Positions 26,279 through 37,838 of a stretch of 64,000 nt of DNA are shown in pieces. The stretch comes from Takakia lepidozioides. Its lineage: Eukaryota; Plantae; Bryophyta. The translations under genes were made by a program, and so were the position numbers. The notes below the pieces were generated by a model that was given only the letters and a program-made list of their open reading frames with translations, did no database searches and had not been told where the DNA came from. Where the stretch lies: NCBI GenBank assembly GCA_030704615.1, contig CM060733.1, positions 36,704,001 to 36,768,000 on the forward strand, given 5' to 3'. How positions within the stretch are numbered: position 1 is the first letter of the stretch; each line of letters begins with the position of its first letter.

Positions 26279-28301
26279 CTGTAAAATTTCATCAAGCAAA
26301 TTCGATTACTTAGCCCTACAGTAGAGATTAAGAAGAGTGTATCTGGAATAGATGCATCAATGTGAGTGCTGGTCTCAAAGGAAAAGATTAACCTGCAACC
26401 CCTGCTCCCACCCGCAGTCAACCTCTTTGCTAGTGTGCTTAGCTGGTTTTTTCAGTTAGCAGTATAAAACTACGAGTCCTCTTTCATCAATGCACTGCAA
26501 CATCAAAACATAATCTCCGGAATGTTGTGCTCTTGTGAAATAACTTAGCAGACCCAGTAAGGCATGCCAGGATGAGATGGGCAGCCTCTCTGGTAACTCA
26601 CTTGTATAATTTGACCAGACTAACATTTGTAAGAACTACCCTTGCCAAAAATAAATTTCTTTCCCTGGTCACACAACACATAAGAAAAGTGTGAGCAGAG
26701 AGGGAGAGAGAGAGAGAGAGAGTCCATACATGTGTGCCGGTGAGCAAGGGCAGACAGTTCCCCGAACGCAGCAACCAAAAAATTCAATTGTTATACCAGT
26801 TACCTTACTATGTGAGCGGTCCCAGTGCTATGATTTCACCCTTGTCCTCCATGATCATAGCAATTGCAGTTGTCTTACCCCCAGGTGCCGCACACGTCCA
26901 AGTTTCGTTCCCCTGGTTTAGGATCTTCTCCTGCTTCCATTCCCACAAGCCTTGAGATCCCATAAGGATAACCTGACATGTGGCCTGGTCCTTCTCTCTC
27001 CATCATTCCCTCCCTGCTTTCCTCTCTCTTCTATATTTCAGCACTTCATCAGACAATTTCCTGGCAACAGACAAGAAAATGAAGATAGGCAGAAAACTTC
27101 CCATGAACTTATTTCCAGTCTGTGACATGGGGGAGGCCATCATGGATGACCTCAAGGGTCTACCCACTCTCGGCACCAGACTGAAATTGAAACTCAGGGG
27201 GGGAAGCCTACCTTTGAACAGGAAACCAAAGCAGAGAGGAAAGGGAGAGTGCAATTGCCCGTTGTGCGGGCAACCTAGACAATATTCATTTTCTGATTGA
27301 TTGTCCGGGGTTCTCTCACCAGAGAGACGCTCTCTTCAAATCTATCAAGGCAATTGTGTACCTCTGTTTACCAACTTTGAAGTTGTTCCAGTTGTCCTGC
27401 ACATAAAGAACAAATATACAGAAGTGCATCCAACTCAAATATATGCCCGTGTAATCATGCAGCTAATCATTTTCTCTCTGCCTGCAAACTCCCCAGGCCT
27501 TCTGTTTGAAAGAAAGGAAGGATGGTCAGAGATTCAAGGAGGAGGGAAAGTCCATTTTGCACATAAACATTACAAATGTATGTGGTGACTTCATCAAGAA
27601 AATAGAAAAAGAGTTATTCTACCTTCAAATTTGAGCATGGATGCTTTCTGTATCTACTCTTGTTTGATGTTCACATCTGCTTTGAACAGTCTTACGAAAA
27701 CTCGGGCACTCTTAGGAAAAATTAACATAGTCTCCATACATGATAATCTGTAGGATACTACACGGTGTATGCTCAGATTTAACCAGAACGTGCTGAAGAA
27801 CACCCAGACAGAGAAAGAGAAAGAGAAAGAGATGTACTCATTACACTCAGATTATCACAGCCTTGACTACCTCCTTGATAGGACAGAGGGTCACCAAAGA
27901 AAGCTGGCACATGATTTCAGAGCCCTAACTCTTCAGGGACACTAAGGCCATGTGAAATCTTTGGTGAAACTTGGTCACCCTAATTGAGTCGCCACATACA
28001 GGCACAGACGGTAACAGTTTACCTCTGACAACCGTATGACCCACAGTCACACATTTGCTGCCAACATTTCTTATCACTGAAAGCTTACAGGAAAGGGGGG
28101 AAAGGTAGAATTAAGAATCGTATTGCAGCTGATCACGTCAATCACCTCCCTAACAGAAAATAGTTCCCAGCGAGCAATGCAACTGCGTACGATTTTCATG
28201 TTTTTTAAAACTGATATTTCCCGAGTGTGATTGTGAATGTCGCTGTTGTCCAATCTACCTTTACTCCCACCACCAAACAAGTTCTGTGGAAGTGGTCTCA
28301 C

Positions 28302-28832
28302 CTCTTTCTTCTTGTAAGCCTGAACCTTCTTTAACCTGAAAAACTCCTCCCATTCCAATTCATCAAGCTCGAGCCCTTGATGTACTGAATCGTGTTCTCC
28401 AATCTCGGCTTCACCACATTCTCCAGGTATTGACTCTCCGATTAGTCGTCTTAATAGCCTCATCCAGGGTTAGAAAGATGTATGCAATGAAGCCAACTCC
28501 ACCAACACCTCAACTGCTTTAACGAAAGCAGACCGACATAGCTAGATCTGTTGTCCTACCCTGGCCAGCCCCGTCAAATCATTCTTCGTTTCTCCAGCCT
28601 CAATGAAATGCTCCAACTTTGGGAGTTTCACCCCCGCCACGTTCTCCTGCCTAGCCCTAACTTTAATTGTCGCCGTATCAAAATTCTCAAAAACCACATA
28701 CTTGATGTAATCTCCGGCAGTGTACTTGGCCTCCGTCAATGCAAAAGCCGAGGCTTTCATGATATCTCCCATGCACTCTTTTGTTTCCACGATCCGCTTC
28801 AGAATTTGCCTACACTGCATAGAGAGTGCATC
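28302..28832 (-). pseudogene. V-ATPase subunit D fragment
   Basis: [22 protein letters not shown]...ENVAGVKLPK...LTGLARVGQQI*...ELDELEWEEFFRLKKVQAYKKK, with stops and frameshifts; ends at a GT donor. Confidence 0.88.
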
Positions 28833-29050
28833 GCCCGGAATACACCCGGACAAACGATTCCGATCTCCGGATCTTCAAAGTCACAGCCCTTTGCAGGTCC
28901 ATGGGACATGGAAGGTAGGCAACTACTGCATCAAGCAGGGATTGGACACCTTTATTCTTGAAAGCAGACCCGCATAGCACTGGCACAAACGAGAGGGAGA
29001 TTGTTCCCATTCTAATCAGTTTCTGCACGGTTGCTTCACCGGTTCCACAC
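28833..29050 (-). pseudogene. Organellar elongation factor G fragment
   Basis: [29 protein letters not shown]...FVRVYSG, with an internal deletion. Confidence 0.85.
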
Positions 29051-29989
29051 CCATGCCCTTATTTCGCCTAGCTCCTGTTCGTCTTCTCTCATCATACTTG
29101 CGCCCAGATGGTGGCACGGGGACAAAGAAAATGCAATAATGGGAAGCCCCGGTTGAACGCCCCTACAACCCTATAAGCAGTCACTAGAGAGAGACTAGAG
29201 GGAGAAGACTCCAGCCCAAGCTGGCGTAACTAAGAGCCACTTTGCCTCAGGGCCTATAAGCATTTTTTGGGGTTGGTATCCTATGAGCACAGCCCCGGGT
29301 CACGGACTTGGATGTGGGCACATGTGGTTGTGGCGGGGCCCACGGATGGCACATTGGTCGCACAAGGTGCGGCGACCCCTACCGAGCTGGGGTGAGCGGG
29401 CGCGCGCCGCGGAAGCAAGAAGGGGAGCGAGGCTGTTGGGCCCACAAAACACCCGAAGATATGTAGATAAATAATTAATTATTTCGAAGAGTTTTTAAAA
29501 GCAGCAGCTAATGTGATGGTAAAGAATAACTTGTGGCAAATGTGAGGTATATTGTTCGAATCTTGGCAGAAAAGTGTGTTAATTATAAACATTTATTTTG
29601 TTTGAGGAGGGTCTGAAGGTTGGAGTTAGGCGTTCCCAGTTGGAGTCCGTTGTTGATTAGTCCGCTCGTCAATCCGTCCACTCGTCAGTCACCAGACTGC
29701 TGTTCAGTCCGCTCGCCAGTCTGCCGGACTCAATTAGTCCCCTCGCCAATCGTCGTCAGTATGCTAGTTAGTCCTCTCGCCAGTTGGAGTCAGTTTGGTG
29801 AGGGTTTGGCCAGTCCGCTAGAAGGTCTGCCGCTATTAAAGAACTAGGACTTGGAAAAAATTCAGAATCTACAATCAGACACTATTCAAGACAAACAAGA
29901 GCTATTATGAGATGATGTACATTCTCACTATCTCACATTCTCATTATGCACATTCTTTCCATCTCACAATCACTCTCCACAGAGATGGT

Positions 29990-30930
29990 GATTTTGGCAG
30001 TGAGAAATTATATGTGCTATGGGCACAAACTGAATTTCGCAGTGAGAAATTATATGTATTGTGGGCACAAACTAAATTTCGCAGTGAGAAATGATAATTT
30101 GGGTGAATTTGGCGCTGAGAAATTATATGTGCTATGGGCACAAACTGAATTTCGCAGTGAGAAATGATATGTGATATGGGCACAAACCTAAGCACCGGTG
30201 GGTTTCGCATTTAGAAAAAACCATGCCTATACGGTAACACATTAATCAGGTATAGGGGCTATTTGTTCTTTATGTATTAGTTTCGCATAATTGTTAGTTT
30301 CGCCAATTTCATTTCACGGAATGAAATTTCGGAGATTCACAAAAAATTTGCAAAAATTCGGGGAATATGCCTTTGTGCTCACGCCGGCATGAGCATGCTC
30401 ACGTGCTACCCAACCTCGTTGGTATCCTAGCACAACCCACGGTCATGGGAGTTTTATGTTTTCAAAATGGAATATAACCATAGCGGGTATAAAGGACTGG
30501 TGCATTTGTACAATACAACTGTGCCAATTTAGCGAGGCGAAACCTTCAGTAGTGTAGCTAGAAACCCTAAGCCTATAGCAGCGGCGGTGAATTTCGCAGT
30601 GAGAAATGATATGCACAAACCGAAATTTCGAAGTGAGTAATGATATGTGACATGGGCACAAACCGAATTTCGCATTGAGAAATGATATGTGATATAGGCA
30701 CAAACCTAAGCAGCATGCGGTAACTTGTGCAAACATGTGCTAATATGTGCTAACTTGTGCTTAACATCCAACCACCTCAGCTATGTGATATTGCAGTATG
30801 GGCTACTTGTTCTTTATATGTTAGTTTTGCCAAAGTTTTAGTTTCGCCAATTTCATTTTGCTGTGGAAATTTCATGGAAATTTCGCGGAAATTTGGGGAA
30901 TATGCCTTTGGGCACATGCTCTACCCAACC
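29990..30930 (+). repeat. ~42-bp imperfect repeats in two related blocks; probable non-autonomous DNA-transposon remnant
   Basis: AATTTCGCAGTGAGAAATTATATGTGCTATGGGCACAAAC units (30001, 30043, 30085...). Block 30150-30380 resembles 30660-30930. Confidence 0.7.
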
Positions 30931-32089
30931 TCCATTCTTTTCACATCTTGTCTAGTATTACGACCTACATCATGGACAATGTGGGATCGCTAGAAAGAAT
31001 CAGCTTATGTCATGCAGCATTGGTTTTTATCATCGAAAATTTTATCAGGCTCAACCCTAAATCACTAAAAGAAAAACGGGCTTTTTCCATGGGTATGTCA
31101 TATCACACCTGGTACATTCCACGGCTTTTATCACGGGTCCGTAGAGTGAGCCAAGGTGTGGGTCAAAATATGCCCTAACTGTGGGGTGTCTCACATGTGA
31201 TCCACACCCAAGGCAAGAACGGTGTGAAAACAACCATGATCGTGGCGGGAGTTGGCTTAGTTTACATGGCATGTTATACACATGTGTGAAATGGGACCAT
31301 AGAATTTCGACATTGTGGTGTATGGGGGAGTTTGACCTTGGAAAATGATCATGAGCTTCATGTTCATGTTTAGAAATCTGCACGATGGGCTACTAGCAAG
31401 TGAAGAATCACCCCCTGCTACACCCCATTTTCAATCTCTACATTATAAAGTCTATAATGCCCTTGGTGAAATGAGCATGGGGATCGCATTCAAAGGTGGC
31501 CCCGTCCCGTTGCAACCTATGACACAACTAGGACAAATAGGCATAGGCATGCTTGAACTTTGTCATCTCACACATCAAAGAAAAAACCAGAATATTTCAA
31601 AAAAATCCATAGAATGTTAACAAGAGACCAAAAAGGAAACCCAGATGTAGGTGGGTAGCATGGTGAGTCTCTATACATGGTGATTTATTTTAAATTGTAA
31701 GTGGTTTAAACAACTTCATTAGCAACTCCACAATTATTTTTTAAATTCATGTAAATAAAATATATATAAATTAGTATTAGATAGAAATAGTTGTTTTAAT
31801 TACTCATTTCATGAGTATGAACCTTACCCAATAAATAAATTAACCAGGGCCTTTGTACCTTGTTATATCTATATGTTTTGCACCCTAACTTATATATACA
31901 GCTGAAAATGCCTTCACATATTACATGGACCATATAATTATTTTATATAATGTTAGGGTGCAAAACGTTCAAAAACTTCAAAAGTTGGCTCGAATTTAGG
32001 GCTTCTAGGTCGCGGTGTGCAGGGCTGGGACTTAGCATTTTTTGGGATCCGGTCTTCTTAGTACCAAGCATCGTGATAGCAGGAACTCG

Positions 32090-32802
32090 AGGACAAGTGG
32101 TGAGGGTACATTCTTCTTCAACCTATTTCAGCCTGTTTTGCCCTCTCATCAGACTCGGCCCTGAATTTGCAGCACGGAGCAAAGCTGGCATGAGTTTTAC
32201 CCTTCACGATGGTGGGACAACAGCCATGAGTTTTCCAAGGATGTGAAGGGTGTGTTTGACGAAATGGCTACCAAGATGTGGTGTCGTGGAATGCAATGAT
32301 CGCAGTGTGGTACGAAGGCTTTGGAGACATATGAGGAAATGATGTTGGACAGGTTGAACCCTAACACAGGTTGTGTTTCAATCTCTGCCCGCTCGACTGA
32401 ACCGTGGTGGTTCTCACTGACCAATCCGACATTACTAGACTACAGACACAAGCAGCACACACAAGAGGTCTTCTTGGGTTCATGGTCAGTCAAATCCTCC
32501 ATGGGTCATGACTCAAGGTCGAGGACAATGTGGTGAGGGCACCTTCTTCTTCGACCTATTTCAGCATGTTTTGCCCTCTCATCAGATTCGGCCGTGAATT
32601 TGCAGCACGGAGCAGAGCTGGCATGAGTTTCTTCACGATGGTGGGACAATCGCAATCGCAAGGTGTGACTTTTTCTTAATGTAGGATGTAAAGAAGTTTG
32701 TCCATCCTACAAATGTGGGCTTTTGGCTCCTGTTAGTACCATGCTTCGGTATTCTTCCTGATGTTTACAAGGTTATTGGGAGAATCAGCTTGGTCTTAGC
32801 AG
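32090..32802 (+). repeat. PPR-derived ~420-430 bp repeat family; continues at 45379-46275 after the Gypsy insertion
   Basis: Unit core CCTTCTTCTTCGACCTATTTCAGCATGTTTTGCCCTCTCATCAGA at ~32110, ~32542 and ~45557. Degenerate VFDEMATKDVVSWNAM coding remnants. Confidence 0.75.
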
Positions 32803-33712
32803 TGTCGCGCGGCTTTTACTCACCCATCCCTTCGCTATCCGAGGCGGAAACTCCAAGATAGAAGAGTTGGAAATCTCTAAGCACTCAGCCCGCTCAAAAC
32901 AATCAGTCATGACCTACAGCTAGTGTATCATGGGGGTGTTTCCTATTTGTTTTCCTTCCCGCATTCATGTTAGCTAGTTACCTTACTGTTGGTAATTAAG
33001 TATCAGTTTGCTTCAGCAATCTATCGGATTCCATCAACTCATCCATTTATTCCACAGCTTCACTCAGATCTCTCTACACAGTGTGAGTATGAAGTATGTA
33101 TCAGATTAATATCTATCAAGTATCAGGCTGAAGCCATGGAGTCTCTAATCTGCTCTACATTACAACTCTACTGCTTGCATTCATCAAGCATCAACAGATC
33201 GTCCTCCTCCTACTCCGTGCTCTCCCTCTTTCTGCTCAGAGATGTGCTCTCTGCCTCATTTCCCCCCAGTGATGTCCGAAGCCCCCCCAAGAAGTGATCA
33301 TTTTCCAGTCCTTGCTCCTGGCTTTATCTTCCTACCCGTTGTTCTAACCGTTTCCCTCACTAACCGTCATCCGTGAACTAACATGTTCCATTCGCAGATG
33401 TTGTTCCCCACAGTCGTTCCCTGTCCTACTATCCGTTCCTTATGGTCGTGACAGCTGTGTCAAGCTGTGACTGGCTGTGCGACTGTGTTGGGCTGTGTCG
33501 AGCTGTGACTGGCTGTGACGGCTGTGTCTGGCTGTGTCGGCTGTGTCGGACTGTGACGGGCTGTGTTGGCTGTGACGGGCTGTGTAACCCCCCCCCCCCT
33601 TAAAGTGCGCTGCTGTCACCCCTAAGGCTCATGTTGGTCTCAGTCTGTGCAAAAATTAAGGGTACCCCACAGATCCCGTAAAAGTGCCTAAGTCCCAGAC
33701 AGTCCTCTAACA
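32803..33712 (-). repeat. 3' LTR (910 bp)
   Basis: TGTCGCGCGG...CTCTAACA, matching 44497-45378; internal GGCTGTGTC micro-repeats. Confidence 0.95.
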
Positions 33713-33729
33713 TTACCCCTTCCCCTCTC
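33713..33729 (-). promoter_or_regulatory. Polypurine tract
   Basis: GAGAGGGGAAGGGGTAA on the minus strand, immediately before the 3' LTR. Confidence 0.85.
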
Positions 33730-33750
33730 AAAAAGTCGTGTCCTCACGGT

Positions 33751-36700
33751 TTACTGTTTGGGATTTGTAACCCTTTGTGAGCGAGCACCCTTCTGACTGT
33801 TAGAGTCTCGTGAAGGACTCTGTGTGCGAGCCCGTGTTCTGTCACTGGTTGAGGGAGATGATTGAACACTACCTGGATATGTCAGTCCCTCTGGAGGCTG
33901 ATATCGAGGTAATCTTTCAGGCATAGGAGACCCCCGTCGCTTCTTCTCTGCCATCTGAATTGCATAGTCCTCTGTCATGTCAAAAGAGTCCGCTAAAGAA
34001 ACAGTTGTATCAGAATCCTCGTCCTCTCTGAGGTGTTTTAACTGTCGAACTTTAATTGGAATTCTCTGGGGCATACAATGTTGTCCCACCATGTCTGGAA
34101 ATTTAAACTGTAAAACTTGTTGTAAGCGCTGAATTGCAAAATTGGTGAAGACCCTGAGCTCCTTGTCTGTCCAGGTGAGTGGTGTACCAATGACTTGTGA
34201 ATTGTGCAAATATTTCCATGCCTCATGTCCCTTAAAGAAAATATCGTCAGGCCCGAATTTCTGTGTTGACAAATTGTTCCAGGCCGCATGAAACCATGAA
34301 CGAATCTGAGAATCCTTTTGCATCATAATTTTTGCCTCATATAGGTACATATGAGGTGGCACTGAAGGTAAGACCCAATGATCCCCACTGGAATAATTCA
34401 GAAAGCGCGTTCTTCTGTTGCTCAATGTGATAACGTACCAGAAAACAAGCAGCGTAGTATAACCCGCAGCCCATGACAATACTTGCTACCTCTTTGGTCT
34501 TGGTATAAATGAATCCATGTATAACTTGGAAGGCAATTAATTCCTTCAACATGGTACTTGCTTCATGCCAGTACTGCGCAAAGTGATGATCCTCAATTGA
34601 TCGATTGTTCGGAAGAACTTTAGTCCTAGTGGCCACTGGCAGCCAAATGCGCATGATTTGATAGTAATGTGCCAATGACTGCGGAGGACTAAATTCTTTC
34701 CAAGCCAAATCCAACACAATGGGAATTTGGTTGAAGGGCATAATCATAGTCCGACTGTACTCCTGTGCAGCTGGAGTTTTAGGTGGGTTAAAAGCAACAT
34801 TCCCCCATACCTCAGGCTGTGGTGGCTGTGGTGGCTGTGGTGTGGCTGTAATAACAACAGGGTCAGCTACTGGCACAGTGACTTGTTGTGGTGTTGGTGG
34901 CACTGGCTCTTGTACCATTGGCATCTCATGCACCCCCTCTGAAGAAGACTGAAAAGCCAAAGTTCTCGCTTGTAAATAAGAAGCCATTAGCTATTCCTCA
35001 GGTACACAGACTCTCTTGTCGATATTTGAAGTGAGGTCCTCCACTTGAGTCTGCAGGCCATCTACATCCTCCTGTAACTCCGCTATTCTACTATAGACAT
35101 TGTCTATAGTAATTGTGGCAATGTTCTGCACTTGCAGTCTGAGCTCATTCATCTCGCTTTGGGTGAGTTTTCGTGGTGCTTTGCCCTCCACCGGCCCTTG
35201 TGCTAACCAGACCTGTCTAAGGTGGTTATCCACCAAGTTGATTGTGGCACCCCTTAGAGTCTGCTCCTCTGTGAGCCTGTACACATCTCTCTGCTGCTGT
35301 AAAGCCTCCATGCGCTTCGCATGAGGTTCAACCAAACTCGCATAGGCAGCAGCCAGATTATTGGCTTCCTTCCAAGCCTTGTTAGCCACAGAGAGTTCAT
35401 TTCTATTACCATGAGCGTTTGTTGCAACTCCAGGATGTACCTCTCTTGGTCAGCTTCAACCTGCCTGTATTGTTTGAAAGTATTCTCATTGCGACAGAGT
35501 GTATTCTTCATATCGACAATGAGTTTCAATTGCTCAACATTCTCTGTCTCTGCCTTCGTACATCTTTCCGCTTGACTGTTTATTTCTATTGTAGCTTGGT
35601 CAAGCATAGTTGTGAGTGTAGCGCATTGTATGGCCATCCTGTCATGCACTGTCTGCAACTCCGTATGTAGTGCATTCACTTCTTGCAACTTGCTTTCATG
35701 CTTCACCTACATTTGGGATAGCTGTTGCTTATGTGCTTCGTGCAACTGGTCTTGCGCGAGGCCTGCCTCAATCAATTGTTCCTTGGCCAATTGCAAAGCC
35801 GCTTCTGTACTCGCTAAGTCTTGCTGCATCTTGAGAGTGACCTCTTCATCGACCTTGTTTGCACACTCAGTGGCAAGTCGAGCCTCAAACTCCTTCCTGA
35901 GTTCCTCCCTCAAAGCTACCAATTGGGTAGTTGGAACATAGGATTTGACATAAGTGCCCAACAAATTAATCAATTTGTTGGGCACTTATGTCAAATCCCA
36001 TGTTAAGTGTCCTGCTTATGGAACTCATAAGCATGGCCTGTTGAGGGTCATCATGGTGAGCTTGCTGCTGTTCTCCCTGATTCTCAACAGTGTGATGCCT
36101 CACGAACCACTCAGGCCATTGCCCCACCAGATTTTCTTCATGAACCACTTCATCCGTCACCGGTGCTGCAGTGTCTTGACATTCTACCTGTGGTACCTCC
36201 GTCACAGGTGTGTGTAATATATGCACCGCAGGGTTTCCCCTGGACAACCGTTGCACCTCCGGAATCACTGTTTCCTTGACCAGACCAGAATATTCATAGA
36301 GAAGGTCCTCCTTCTCAATTTCTGCCACCACCTGTTCTGTAGTGGGAATATCTAACCCTTCTTTCTCCAAATCAATTATTTATGGTGGAACTGCATGGAC
36401 AACTTGTGGTAACTCTGTGACTAGCCGATCATCTGGCTGTGATGGCTGTGATACTGAAGTAACTTCCTCTTCCCTCTCTGAAGGTCCTGCTTCCAATAAT
36501 AGCAGTTCTCTGTGCTGTTGTGCCCCTTCCTGCACAAGAGCTTGGGAAACATTATCATGCGGTTTCCGTGAAGCCAGTGGATCCACCACTACAGTCTTTC
36601 CCCGCCTCTGTCTCTTAGTCTGGGGTTGCCCTGCCAGTCCACCCTCACTGTGTGAAGAGCCTTGCTCTTCCATTGCAGTGGTTTCAGTCTCAAACACTCT

Positions 36701-37360
36701 CATCTCCTTTCTTTCTCGAGCATCAAGTATGCAAAAATCAATAATTATTTGAGCAATGATTGGGCCAGACACTATGATAGGAGACTTTGCGGCAGTGCCC
36801 TGTAATCTTTTCATCTCCTCTACCAGTGCGTTGTACATTATGTCCGCCCATGCTACCTCTTCTCCTCTCAGGGCTTTGAGTATTTCCTCTGTGAAGGATC
36901 TGCTCAAATACTGTTGGTTCTGTTTCATGGCAAACAGAACGTTCAATACCTGGCCTACCTCCCTTAGCCCTAGGTACACGGCCTTGGTACAAGCATAACC
37001 CTGAGTTTTAAATAAACTCCCTTCTTGGAATAAGTCCCCTATTTGCAGTCTTGCCCTGTGCTCCTCCACATGCACCTGACCTGATGGCAATTCAAACAAT
37101 TGCTGTAGGTATAGGGGAGTAATTTCTAATTCAACTCCCTTCACCATTGTTGCTCCTGTCCTAGGCTCAAAGTTCTGCAAGATTTAATTTTCTTTAGTGG
37201 ACTTTCCCTGCTGGACTGTCCACTAGGATAACACATGTGACAAGAATTTCGTTTTTCTGTACTTGCCGTTTGTTCTGTTGCCCTTTTTCCGTATTTATTA
37301 ATGGGCCCGCCATTCATCCGAATTGACGTGCTAAGTAGGTATTTTGACGGCCATTCTTGT
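33751..37360 (-). pseudogene. Extra sense ORF of the Gypsy element (accessory-protein-like domain + long coiled coil), fragmented
   Basis: Consecutive ORFs 36380-37180, 35966-36370, 35707-35985, 35254-35706, 34991-35389, 34337-34987 and 33751-34479 on the same strand as pol. Confidence 0.7.
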
Positions 37361-37529
37361 CCTCTTTCTTGATGATACCTGTTCTTGCACTTCCTTCTCA
37401 GCTGTGTGTCGCGCCCTGACTTCCACGTGTCCCTTTCTAAACTGGCTTCCGTTCTTTCTTCCGCCGGCCATTTCCCTGAAGTTATCCTGCGTCCACCTAT
37501 CACTGATTCTATGGATTGTGTAACCCTAG

Positions 37530-37772
37530 TAGGCTGTGTTGAGCTGTGACAGGCTGTGTCATACTGTGGTACGCTGTGATAGGCTGTGTTGCACTGTGGT
37601 AAGCTGTGATAGGCTGTGACACGCTGTGGTAGGTTGTGATAGGCTGTATTACGCCGTGCTGGGCTGTGATAGGCTGTGTTGCACCGTGCTGGGCTGTGAT
37701 ATGTTGTGTCGCGGTGTGCTTGGCTGTGATAGGCTGTGTCACGCCGTGATGGGCTGTGATAGGTTGTGTCGC
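37530..37772 (+). repeat. 30-bp tandem repeat, ~8 copies, between integrase and the extra ORF
   Basis: GCTGTGATAGGCTGTGT core every 30 bp, visible as TAYHS repeats in ORF 37141-37848. Confidence 0.85.
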
Positions 37773-37838
37773 TCTTGTTCTGCCCGCCCTGGTCATATAT
37801 GCTCGGCTTAGCGACAAGTGCTCCATACTCCGTTGGTA

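Noticed and set aside
27090-27400. Another captured exon on the minus strand
   Set aside because: Coding-like but interrupted by stops, and not assignable to a family.
25130-29480. Defined Helitron boundaries around the captured fragments
   Set aside because: No convincing 3' hairpin + CTRR or 5' TC end found by eye.
29990-30200. CRISPR-like array (also considered for 6116-6368 and 37530-37772)
   Set aside because: These are head-to-tail repeats with no unique spacers and no cas genes, in a eukaryotic context.
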